Assembly (NCBI GenBank): GCA_963804995.1
Contig: CAWDSK010000006.1
Coordinates: 1,952,001 to 2,016,000, forward strand
Source of the DNA: an uncultured Acidobacteriota bacterium
GTDB taxonomy: Bacteria > Acidobacteriota > Terriglobia > UBA7540
Length of the DNA: 64,000 bases
Reading direction: 5' to 3'
In this document: positions 1 through 8,747 of the stretch, piece by piece
Layout of the letters: each line of letters opens with the position of its first letter
Position numbering within the stretch: position 1 is the stretch's first letter
Notes under the pieces: model-generated
The model's input: the letters and a program-made list of their open reading frames with translations, nothing else
Databases searched by the model: none
What the model was told of the DNA's origin: nothing
Position numbers and translations under genes: made by a program

Positions 1-131
1 GGCACAAAGACACAAAGAAGAGCAGAAGGGACAGGGCAATTGTTTTTTTGCTATCTGCCTTCCGGCCTTTCCTTGGTGTCTTGGTGTCTTGGTGGTGCAT
101 CTTTTGAGTTCCGAGATCCAAATACCTTGGG

Positions 132-3100
132 TCAGAAGTTCATCCGCAAACTGAGCGTGACGGCGCGCATGGCGCCGACGCCGGTGACCCAGCCAAAATT
201 CTGGGCGTTGAAAAACGTTGCAACACCTGAATAATTCGGGTGGTTGAAGATATTGTTAGAGTCGATGCTCAATCGGCCGCGTATCCGCTTCTCCTGCGAG
301 AAGGTAAAGAAGCGTCCGAGGGACATGTTGAAGTTAACTGTACCAGGTCCGGTGATGGTATTTCTTCCCGCCGTGCCGTATTGCCCCGCAGCCGGAAGCG
401 CGAACGCCGCGGTGTTGAAGAAATCCTTCGTGGTCCGCTCCGAGCGCGGCAGGCTGACGGCAAGGCCGGTGGCATCAGGGCGCTCGGAAGCGAACGCGCC
501 CGAACCGTTGTTATTCGACTGGTTCCCGGCCACCTGCGCCGTCAAGGGCATCCCGGATTGCAACGTGGTCACGCCGCTGATCTGCCAGTCGCCGATGACC
601 CGAGCAAAGACCCCGCCCCGGTTCAGGAAACGGCGCTGCGCCCCGAATGGAAACTCATAAGTATGGTTGATGATCAACTTGTTGCGGACGTCGAAGGTGG
701 AAAGCGCGCGTTCGGCCTCGAGATCAAAACTATTCTGCGGCACATTGTGGCCGGAGCCACCCACGCTGGCGGCGTCATCGATGCTTTTCCCCCACACGTA
801 GTTGCCGCTCATCGAGAACCCCCCATGGAACTGCCGCCGCAGACTCACTTGTAGCCCATTGTAAATCGAGGCCGCGCCGGAAGTTTCATAGAGAAACTGC
901 TGGACGTTGGGGATGGAGGTTTGCTGCGAACCGGAAGCGCTGGGGTTCACACTGTTGGGCGAGAGCAGCAAATCGAGCTTCGTTCCCTTGGTGCCCACGT
1001 AGCCCACCGAAAGGATGACATTGCGAACCAGTTCCTGCTCAGCGCTGACGTTCCAACTTTGCGCGTAGGGCCGGCGGAAATTAGGGTCCGCCGCATAGGT
1101 GTTATGAATCGTGTTGGCAGAAATCGTCGGGAAGCCGTCCTGGAGCGTCAACTGCTGCTGCGGGTTGGTGGTCAGTGTGGAGGCCTGCGCGAAGGGCGGC
1201 TGGTCCACCATGTTGGTCACCAGGCGTGAGTAAATACTGCCGTCGTAAAAGAGGCCGTATCCCCCGCGCAGCACAAGATGATGCTGAATCCATGGCCGGT
1301 AGGCGAGGCCCACACGGGGCGAGAAGTTATGCGCGTCGCTGTGAATGAACGAGGAGGGCAATGTACCGGGGTGTAGCCCCGTATCCACTTCCGGCGAGGT
1401 GAACCCGGGTGCAAACGACAAGTCCGACAGGTGCCCGTATTTTTCGGTGAAGGGCAGGAAGTATTCGTAGCGGAGACCATAATTCGCCGTCAGGTGCGAG
1501 CCCACGCGCCAATCATCCTGAATGAAGGCCGAAGTCGCCCAGGCACGGAGATAATTGCTGGCGACACCGTAACGAACCGAGGTGGTCTGCGGGAGGCCGA
1601 GCAGAAAATCCGTAAAGTCAAAGCCCGTGCCGGCCACGGGAAAGCCGTTGCTGAAGTTGCTGGTACCGTAGCCGGTGAAGCTGAAGGTGCCGCGCGCATT
1701 GGGGTCAGTCTCGGTATTCTGTTGGATGCGGCGCAGGTCACCCCCCAGGCGAATATTGTGTTTGCCGCGGTTCCAAATCAGGGTGTCGTTGGCGCGAATC
1801 GTTTGGGGGCGGGTGAGCGACGGAAGCGGGTCGTTCAAGCCTCCAAAATTGGTGAATCCAATCCCCGGAATTCCCCAATCAAAGGGATTGGTTGAGACCC
1901 CCGCAATCCCCAACTGCGCGGCAATGTCATCCAGATACGCAAAGGCATTCAGCGTAGAACTCCGCTGGCGGCTGAAGTTCAACGCCGCGGTGTTAACCAG
2001 GTGAGGATTAAAGGTGTGCGTCTCGCTCAGATTCACACTCTGGCCGCGGCTGGAGGTATGGGAAGTCAAGGCGGGGAAGCCGGAAACGGATCGGCTGCGC
2101 GCTGAATTGAAATTGTACATAACGTTCAGACTGTCTTTGGAATTGATTTGCTGTCCGATGCGGGCCATCACGCGGTCATTGGCCGTGGGTAGGGACTCCT
2201 GCAAGCGATAGTTCTGCACCGTGCCCGGGAGGTTGGGCAAGGGGATGTAACTCAGTAAACCAGTGGCGGCGGAATTCAGGCGCGGGGTCGGGATGATGTT
2301 TCCCATAAATGCCGCGCGCGCGCCCGTCGCGCTTGACAGCGGATCGTAGAGGGTCGGAACCGTCCCCGCATAGGGTCCGGAGGGGATGAGAGCGCCGGAA
2401 AAGTCGCCCAAGCGCTCCGCGGCAGTCGGAACCGTTGCGAAATTGCTGAGACCATTTTGCCCGCGCTGCAGGTTGTAACTCGCAAACCAACTCGTTTTGT
2501 CGCGCGCGTTCAAAATCCTGGGGATCACAAGTGGACCGCCCAGCGAGAACCCGAAAGTCTCATGATAGGAGGGGACCTGGGGCAACGAAGCTACGTTCAG
2601 AGGATAGGGATGCGCGTCAAAAGCGGAGTTGGCGTACTGCTCAGTGATGTTGCCCCGGACGCGGTTCGTCTGGGAACGATTGCGACCCCAGCCGCGCACT
2701 CCTCCGCCCCCACCACCACCTCCACCACCGAATCCACCGCCTCCACCCCCGAACCCACCGCCACCAGGGCCACCTTGGCCCGGGCCACCGCCGAATGGAC
2801 CGCCCCCGCCAGGGCCACCCTCACCGGGGCCGCCACCGAATTCACCGCCACCCCCGAATCCACCACCACCACGCATCCGGCCGCCGCGCCCGCCGCCAAA
2901 TCCGCCCTCGCCTGGACCGGCCATGTTCCCCATTCCGCCGGCCAGCAGAAAGGAATTGGCTGCACTTGCGGAGGTATCAACTTCCGAAGTCTCGGCGGAG
3001 ACGGGGTTCTCAATACCGGCGCCCTCGGCAATGCGCACGGATCCTGCCGCCCCGCCCGCCCCGGGGCCCTCGCCGGGAGTTTCTTCGGAATCGCCAAGAC

Positions 3101-3554
3101 TCTCGGGACGGTCGCGTCTTTCCATAGGCAAGTTCGCGAGATCACCTCTGGGGCGGGCGGGAGCCTGGGTCTTCTGAGGCGCGCTGCTTTCCGGTAGGGC
3201 GAGCACCAGCGCCACGTTCACCTTGAGTACCTTGTCGGACGTTACCGGTACCGGTTCGCGCGCATCAGGCCGGAATCCAACCAGTGATACGTCAATGCGA
3301 TACGTTCCAGGCTTGATATCATTGAATGTATAATCACCTGACTCGTCAGTCCAGGTTTCCTTGCGCTCGCCAGTTTGGGGGTTGGTGAGCTGAACGGTCG
3401 CGCCAGGCACGGAGGTGGCACCGGGGCCGCGTACGTGCCCGGTAATCGTCCCGGAGGTTGGCGTTTGGCCAAACAACAGGTTGGCGGCCAAAATCCCCAG
3501 AGCGAGAAATGTCCAGGCAGTTTTGATGAATCCTGCGGTTTTTCCCAATTGCAC
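132..3554 (-). CDS. TonB-dependent receptor-like (Oar-type) protein with N-terminal carboxypeptidase regulatory-like domain and Gly-rich linker
   Basis: Signal peptide, GTITGHVRGPGATSVPGATV domain, FIQDDWRV..LTANYGLRYEY, NFSPRVGLAYRP, C-terminal Phe. Confidence 0.9.
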   Translation of the reverse strand: MQLGKTAGFIKTAWTFLALGILAANLLFGQTPTSGTITGHVRGPGATSVPGATVQLTNPQTGERKETWTDESGDYTFNDIKPGTYRIDVSLVGFRPDAREPVPVTSDKVLKVNVALVLALPESSAPQKTQAPARPRGDLANLPMERRDRPESLGDSEETPGEGPGAGGAAGSVRIAEGAGIENPVSAETSEVDTSASAANSFLLAGGMGNMAGPGEGGFGGGRGGRMRGGGGFGGGGEFGGGPGEGGPGGGGPFGGGPGQGGPGGGGFGGGGGGFGGGGGGGGGGVRGWGRNRSQTNRVRGNITEQYANSAFDAHPYPLNVASLPQVPSYHETFGFSLGGPLVIPRILNARDKTSWFASYNLQRGQNGLSNFATVPTAAERLGDFSGALIPSGPYAGTVPTLYDPLSSATGARAAFMGNIIPTPRLNSAATGLLSYIPLPNLPGTVQNYRLQESLPTANDRVMARIGQQINSKDSLNVMYNFNSARSRSVSGFPALTSHTSSRGQSVNLSETHTFNPHLVNTAALNFSRQRSSTLNAFAYLDDIAAQLGIAGVSTNPFDWGIPGIGFTNFGGLNDPLPSLTRPQTIRANDTLIWNRGKHNIRLGGDLRRIQQNTETDPNARGTFSFTGYGTSNFSNGFPVAGTGFDFTDFLLGLPQTTSVRYGVASNYLRAWATSAFIQDDWRVGSHLTANYGLRYEYFLPFTEKYGHLSDLSFAPGFTSPEVDTGLHPGTLPSSFIHSDAHNFSPRVGLAYRPWIQHHLVLRGGYGLFYDGSIYSRLVTNMVDQPPFAQASTLTTNPQQQLTLQDGFPTISANTIHNTYAADPNFRRPYAQSWNVSAEQELVRNVILSVGYVGTKGTKLDLLLSPNSVNPSASGSQQTSIPNVQQFLYETSGAASIYNGLQVSLRRQFHGGFSMSGNYVWGKSIDDAASVGGSGHNVPQNSFDLEAERALSTFDVRNKLIINHTYEFPFGAQRRFLNRGGVFARVIGDWQISGVTTLQSGMPLTAQVAGNQSNNNGSGAFASERPDATGLAVSLPRSERTTKDFFNTAAFALPAAGQYGTAGRNTITGPGTVNFNMSLGRFFTFSQEKRIRGRLSIDSNNIFNHPNYSGVATFFNAQNFGWVTGVGAMRAVTLSLRMNF

Positions 3555-3678
3555 TCGCGATTTTCCCCGCTGGCTACACTTCTTTGAGCTTACACCGAGT
3601 GTGTACGTATTCCAACCTCAAACGGTTACAAAGTAACCCGGGGCGTCTGACGAACGTCAAAGGCAGGCGGAGGGCTCT

Positions 3679-4449
3679 GTGCGCAATAAGGTCTTTTTGT
3701 GTCTCCTGCTTCTTGTCATCCTCGCAAGTTTCGGCACTCTGGCAGCACAGGATAAGCCCCCAGCTCCGGGGCAGGAACCGCCACGCCGGGGCATGGGTGG
3801 CGCGCCGGTAATGGGAACCGTAGCCTCCGTAGGCGTCGATCGCTTTCAAGTCAAGCAACCGGATGGCGTTACCGCGACCGTCCTGGTTAACGACCAGACG
3901 CGCTACCGCCAGGAACAGCAGGAATTTCAATTGGAGGACCTCAAGGTTGGCGATCACGTGTTTGTGCGTGGCACACCCAATTCCGACAAACAAGTTGTGG
4001 CTGTTGGTGTTCGACGCATGACTGAGGAACAGTTCCAGAGATTCCAAAGCGGCGCTCCTGGCGGTGGCCCGGCCGGTCCAGGGGGTGGACGAGGAGGCCC
4101 TGGAGGTGGCAATTGGGGACCCGGTGGCGGCCAGGGAGGTCCAGGCGCTGGCAACCGGGCGGGCGGCGAAATTCTTTCCATTGACCAGAACCAGATCAAG
4201 GTGCGCGGCCGCCAAGGTGAGAGAGTCATCGTGGTCAATGACCAGAATACCTTCGACAAAGAGGGCCAGTCGATCACGTTGAAAGACCTCAAAGTCGGCG
4301 ACCGCATCTTTGCCACGGGAAAAGAAGTGGACGGCAAATTCGTGGCCACCGAGGTCAGGTCGGGCCGCATGGGAATGGGCCAGGGGCGGCGCTTTGGCCC
4401 ACCGGGAGTCGAGCCCCACACTCCAATCAATCCTCCCACTCAGCAATGA
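3679..4449 (+). CDS. Secreted protein with two OB-fold-like (DUF5666-like) repeats and Gly-rich linker
   Basis: Signal peptide; repeated LxDLKVGDxV/IF motif; divergent from the TonB gene. Confidence 0.75.
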   Translation: MRNKVFLCLLLLVILASFGTLAAQDKPPAPGQEPPRRGMGGAPVMGTVASVGVDRFQVKQPDGVTATVLVNDQTRYRQEQQEFQLEDLKVGDHVFVRGTPNSDKQVVAVGVRRMTEEQFQRFQSGAPGGGPAGPGGGRGGPGGGNWGPGGGQGGPGAGNRAGGEILSIDQNQIKVRGRQGERVIVVNDQNTFDKEGQSITLKDLKVGDRIFATGKEVDGKFVATEVRSGRMGMGQGRRFGPPGVEPHTPINPPTQQ

Positions 4450-4538
4450 ACTGAAGGTTGATGCAGAACGAGAGGCTTGGTTTGCGCGGAACCCTGCCGC
4501 CACACCTCAAGCCCCTACTCAAGAAGGAGAGTAATTCC

Positions 4539-5063
4539 CTACTTCACCACCGAGAGACGGCAGTGAATATTCCTCGCCGGGAAAATCCAGGCAAAGTGTT
4601 TTTCGTAGAAATCCATCGAGAGTTTTGCAATCAATCGCCCTAAATTATCCAACAGGAAATTCCCGCCGAAGGTGAGGCGCCGCTCGAGAATGCGGAAGCC
4701 ACCCCCGCCGTAGGTAAAATCCTGAAAGCTGTCCTGAACGAAGTAATCGAAGCTGCGCAGCCCCAGGTGCACAAGGTGTGAGGGATCGGTGTAGGAATCG
4801 CGCGAGCTGTAATGTGGCGTGACGATTTCAACCTCCGCGCCGGCCTTCGCCACGCGGTGCACTTCCGCCATGGCGCGCAGGACGTCAGACTGGTGCTCGA
4901 GCAAATGGGAGAGATAGATCTTATCCGCGCAGTTATCCCGGATCGGCCAGGGAAAGTGCATGAGCTCGCAAAGAACATCTGCGTTCGAGCCCGGCTGGCG
5001 ATCGAGCCCGATGGCCTCCGCTACCTGTTTCTTCTTTCCACAGCCAATGTCGAGAATGAGCAT
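4539..5063 (-). CDS. Class I SAM-dependent methyltransferase
   Basis: ILDIGCG motif I; SHLLEH; start placed at ATG 5063 because the upstream extension is repeat-derived. Confidence 0.85.
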   Translation of the reverse strand: MLILDIGCGKKKQVAEAIGLDRQPGSNADVLCELMHFPWPIRDNCADKIYLSHLLEHQSDVLRAMAEVHRVAKAGAEVEIVTPHYSSRDSYTDPSHLVHLGLRSFDYFVQDSFQDFTYGGGGFRILERRLTFGGNFLLDNLGRLIAKLSMDFYEKHFAWIFPARNIHCRLSVVK

Positions 5064-5071
5064 TGTTTTAA

Positions 5072-5327
5072 ATCCGGAATCTTGAATCCGCAATCTCGAA
5101 TCCCCGTCCCTGCTCACAAGCATCCGGAATCATGAGTTTGCAATCTTGAATCGCTGCATGCGTTTACTGGCATCCGGAATCATGAGTTTGCAATCTTGAA
5201 TCGCTGCGCCCGTTTACATCCGGAATCTGGAATCCGGAATCTTGAATCGCCTTTCCCGCGCGGCCAGAGGGGCTTCCGATTCCTTATTCCCTATTTCCTG
5301 TTCCCTGTTCCCTATTCCCTGTTCCCT
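5072..5327. repeat. 37-bp direct repeat (5121, 5171) within heptamer-type short tandem repeats (GAATCYK, CCTGTTC)
   Basis: CATCCGGAATCATGAGTTTGCAATCTTGAATCGCTGC twice, 50 bp apart; CCTRTTC tandem at 5297-5327. Confidence 0.85.
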
Positions 5328-5331
5328 TCCC

Positions 5332-6969
5332 CTACTCTACCACCAGCAAGGCGTGGGGCGGCAGTCGCAGGATCGCGCCGTCGGAAGCGAGTGTGGCGCC
5401 GTCGGTCGCATAGACTTTGGTGTATTTGCGCGCCATCCCTGCCATTCCCGCGAGGCTGCAAGTCACCGGAAGTTCCGTGTAGTTCACCACCGCCACGCGC
5501 CCCCCCAGTGGGAAGACCGCCACACGTGGTGGAGCGTTGAGCGAAGTTACGGTGAATTCTGAAACTTTGTTGCGCAGTTCCGCAAGCGCCGTGCGCAGCT
5601 CCGGCGTGAGTTGCGCCACGCGATTCTGCGCATCCACGCGGGTAAGCTGCGGCAGCGCTTCGGAGAAGATCACCAGCTTTCCATTTCCCACCACAACAGT
5701 TTTAAGGTAATGGTCCTTTTCGAGATCGAGCGATTCCTGGACGGGCAATCGCGGATCAGCATTGAGCCGATGCGCGAGGCTCTGGCTCAGGAAGCCCGTA
5801 CCGGCGGCGGCAAGGAAGCGCGCGAGCTTGGGAACAAACTCCGCATCCTCGAGCGCGTGAACTGTGAAGAGTGCGCCCCGGGCGGTCGTGGGAAAATGCG
5901 CGGTGGGGGCAAGAGGAATTCCCAGCATACCGATCTCATCGAAAATGTACTCTTCGTTTGCGGGCTCGCTCGACACGGGCTTGTAGGTCGGAAGGCCGCC
6001 CCAGCCGGAAACGAATTTGGCGAGCGAGTCATACTGCGGGCGGCGCAAGGCAAGCGCCTCCGCCTGGCCGCGGAATTCCTGCGAGGTCAGCGCCCCGTAG
6101 TGGAAAAGGAAAACCTCCTGCGCGCCCGCCAGCACCGTGGTCAGCGGCTGATCGAGGTACAGAGTGGGTGTCGTGCCGTAAGTGTCGAACCACCCCCCGC
6201 CGGTCTTGGCCCCTCCGACATCGGTGAGCCACCGATAAATGAAGTAGCCCTCGTATTGCTGCTTATGGCCCCACTGGTCGGAACTGGGATCGCGCAACTC
6301 CGTGCCCACCCAGATGCGGTCGTAGAGTGCGGCTTCCTGGTCCGGCACGTAGCCGCGGTCCTGGAAGTGGTCGTACCACTGGGGGAACTTCAAAATCACT
6401 TTCACATTCGGATTCACGGCGCGGGCCGGGCCCAGGACGCGTTCGCGGCTCATCTGGAGCATCAGCTTCTCGCGATATTGCCTCCAGCTCTGTGCACCTT
6501 TCGCCGCCGCGCATTCCGAGCATTCGCAATCCGTGAAAAAGAAATCGTCGATCATGATTTCGTCAAACAGAGCGGCAGTGAAGCAGAAGATCGACTCCAG
6601 CCGCTCCTGGTTCTGGCGATGGGTGTAACAACAGGCCACCGGCCAGTCGCTGGACGGCTTACCGATTCCGGTGGTCGTAACGCAGCCGGAAACCTTCAGG
6701 CCGGCCTGCCGGAAAAATTCGCGCGCGGCTGTGAGGGTGGCTTCCTCCGCCTGGTAACCGTCGCGGAAGGCTTCGATGTAAACCTTGGTGATACCCATCT
6801 TGCGGCAGAATTCCAGCGCCTCCTGGCGGCCCGACGCGCCCGCAAGGTGATCACGCACATCCTGGGCGGTAAAAAGCGTGGACCACTCAACGGCCGTGAG
6901 GGGACGGGGCGAAACAAGCAATGCGCCCAAGAAGAGCGCGGCGAGCACGGCTCCGAAAAACTTCCGCAT
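5332..6969 (-). CDS. Secreted hypothetical protein, possibly glycoside hydrolase-like TIM barrel
   Basis: Signal peptide MRKFFGAVLAALFLG; IMIDDFFFTDCECSEC motif; long ORF. Confidence 0.6.
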   Translation of the reverse strand: MRKFFGAVLAALFLGALLVSPRPLTAVEWSTLFTAQDVRDHLAGASGRQEALEFCRKMGITKVYIEAFRDGYQAEEATLTAAREFFRQAGLKVSGCVTTTGIGKPSSDWPVACCYTHRQNQERLESIFCFTAALFDEIMIDDFFFTDCECSECAAAKGAQSWRQYREKLMLQMSRERVLGPARAVNPNVKVILKFPQWYDHFQDRGYVPDQEAALYDRIWVGTELRDPSSDQWGHKQQYEGYFIYRWLTDVGGAKTGGGWFDTYGTTPTLYLDQPLTTVLAGAQEVFLFHYGALTSQEFRGQAEALALRRPQYDSLAKFVSGWGGLPTYKPVSSEPANEEYIFDEIGMLGIPLAPTAHFPTTARGALFTVHALEDAEFVPKLARFLAAAGTGFLSQSLAHRLNADPRLPVQESLDLEKDHYLKTVVVGNGKLVIFSEALPQLTRVDAQNRVAQLTPELRTALAELRNKVSEFTVTSLNAPPRVAVFPLGGRVAVVNYTELPVTCSLAGMAGMARKYTKVYATDGATLASDGAILRLPPHALLVVE

Positions 6970-7351
6970 AAAACTCGGTGACTTATCGGAGGATGATGGC
7001 ATCAAGGAAGGTCTCCTTGGGGGAAGATGGCCAGACAGGGCCAAGACACCTTGCCTGCCCCACGCGGGGCGTAGATGCACACCATAGCGGAATCGAGAGG
7101 CAAAGGGAAGGGGGCCACGGGCGGGGCTAACGATCGGGAGATCGGGTGATCCGGTGATCGGGTGATCGGGTCATTTGTGAATGGCGATTGGTGATTGGCG
7201 ATTTTCGAAGTCAGTATTTGATTCATCTTCTCACTTGGCGCCGCCGATAACCGAAGCGAGGAAGTATGTGCCGGCCGCGTCAGGCAATCGGGTGATTTGG
7301 TCATCAGGCCATTGGCCCATCGATTCATCGGTCCATGGCGAAAGTTCATAG

Positions 7352-7445
7352 CCCTCTCCGAGGGGAGAGGGTGGACCGCCGCCGGCGTACTCACCAGCCG
7401 GGGCGGGAAGGGGGCCCCACGTTTTGCGCGGTGGGGGTGAGGGGG
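7352..7445. repeat. REP-like palindrome family CCCTCTCC..GGAGAGGG..GGGTGAGGGG
   Basis: Related copies at 13646-13669, 17499-17567, 17641-17688, 30213-30345, 56878-57006. Confidence 0.8.
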
Positions 7446-8571
7446 TAAGCTGCTGTTGTGGCCCACTCAATTTCCCTCATCCTCAGCGTCGAGCCCGCCG
7501 ATAACCGAAGCGGGGGAGTGCGGGCCGCCGGGGGCTGAGGATCGGGAGATGCGGTGATCCGGAGATCGGGTGATCGAATGATAGGAGCAGCACGTCACTG
7601 CCAGGCTCCGGTCGGCCGAATTGAGCTCATGTTCCTGTGCCGTCCATCCGATTACCGATGTGGGGAAGTGCGTCACGGCCGGGCGATTTTCGGTAGATGG
7701 GGTTCGTGGCTCGCCGCGGGTCTTCCGGGCCGTTGCGGTTTTCTGTCCCCGCAGTGACAACCGGTGGCCAAAGTAGGGGGCTGCGGCGGGTCGGTTAGGG
7801 CAGCGGGCCTCACCGCTTTTAATCTCCTGTGCAACGCTTTTCCTACCTTCCAGTTTCGCCCCGATCATCGCGTCACCCGTTTCTTTCAGCCCTTTTCTCG
7901 ATGGGGGTTCTTTCCTGTCCCAATTTGTACGCAGCGCCGCCCGCTTGGCGGGTCAATGCCGGCTGGAGGCCGACGCTTGGTTCGAATTGGGACGGCTTGC
8001 TCCATTTTTCCCCCACTTATTTCATCTAACTACATTTATTTTCATAAACATCGTTAGAAAAAACGCATAACTTACTTGTTTTCATCAACATCGTTAGACT
8101 TGCCAATTTGTCGCTTTTATTTTCCTTTGTTTTCATACACATCGTTAGACTATGCCAATCGAAATTATGTTGCCCTCTTCTTCTTTCCTCAGTAAAGACA
8201 ACTTATTTTATTTCAACTAGATAGATTTTTGCCAAAAACCCCCTCGCCACCCCTAACCACTTTTGTTTTCATGAACATCTTCACAAACAGCGGACCCTGC
8301 GTGCCGATAAACGGAAGAACTTTAGCCGCGTCTTGGCACGGCGCTGCGCTCACCCAGAGCCTCTCCGTGACCTCTGCTCTTCGGGACGCAGAGGACACAG
8401 AGAAATGTCTGCCAAGAAAACCAGCCTTGACGGTAGGGCATGGCAGACTCCCGATTCTGGGGCCCGTGGTCGTTCGGTAGAGAGGGCTGACTGGACGCAT
8501 CGGGGCACTACGCTTCCTCACCTCTATTGTGCGCTTGATCCACTGGGCTATGTCAATAGGCAATACACGCG

Positions 8572-8593
8572 TTTGGGCTACCGGTAGCCCAAA
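8572..8593. promoter_or_regulatory. Perfect 22-bp palindrome TTTGGGCTACCGGTAGCCCAAA (operator or element end)
   Basis: Perfect inverted repeat; 16-bp core recurs at 56651-56666, in both cases next to a TTGACA. Confidence 0.6.
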
Positions 8594-8747
8594 AATGCAA
8601 AGCGGGCAGCGAATTGTCCGGAAAAAGTGGTGTGGGCATGACCTTGCGGGAATACTCGTCCACGCCCGCCCTTTTGAATGAGGGCAATGATTCGTTGCCC
8701 TATCCGTTCAATTATGGTAACTATTCCTTCCGGCTGGACTGCTTGGA

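Larger units (their letters stand above)
7130..8593 (-). repeat. Dispersed ~1.45 kb composite element, copy 1 (homologous to 56651-58020)
   Basis: Collinear homologous blocks with 56651-58020: palindrome/TTGACA head, ATGTNNATGAAAA repeats, RLSLRxQKT block, TCGGTWATCGG motifs. Confidence 0.85.

Noticed and set aside
2629..3177. Pro-rich plus-strand ORF
   Set aside because: Antisense shadow of the Gly-rich linker of the TonB gene.
5611..6981. Long antisense ORFs (also 14103-15539, 23297-24736, 51429-52466)
   Set aside because: Shadow ORFs opposite well-supported genes in high-GC DNA.
7002..8587. Individual short ORFs inside the dispersed element as real genes
   Set aside because: Frames and stops are not preserved between the two copies, and much of the sequence is low-complexity repeat. 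Kept only as part of the element findings.
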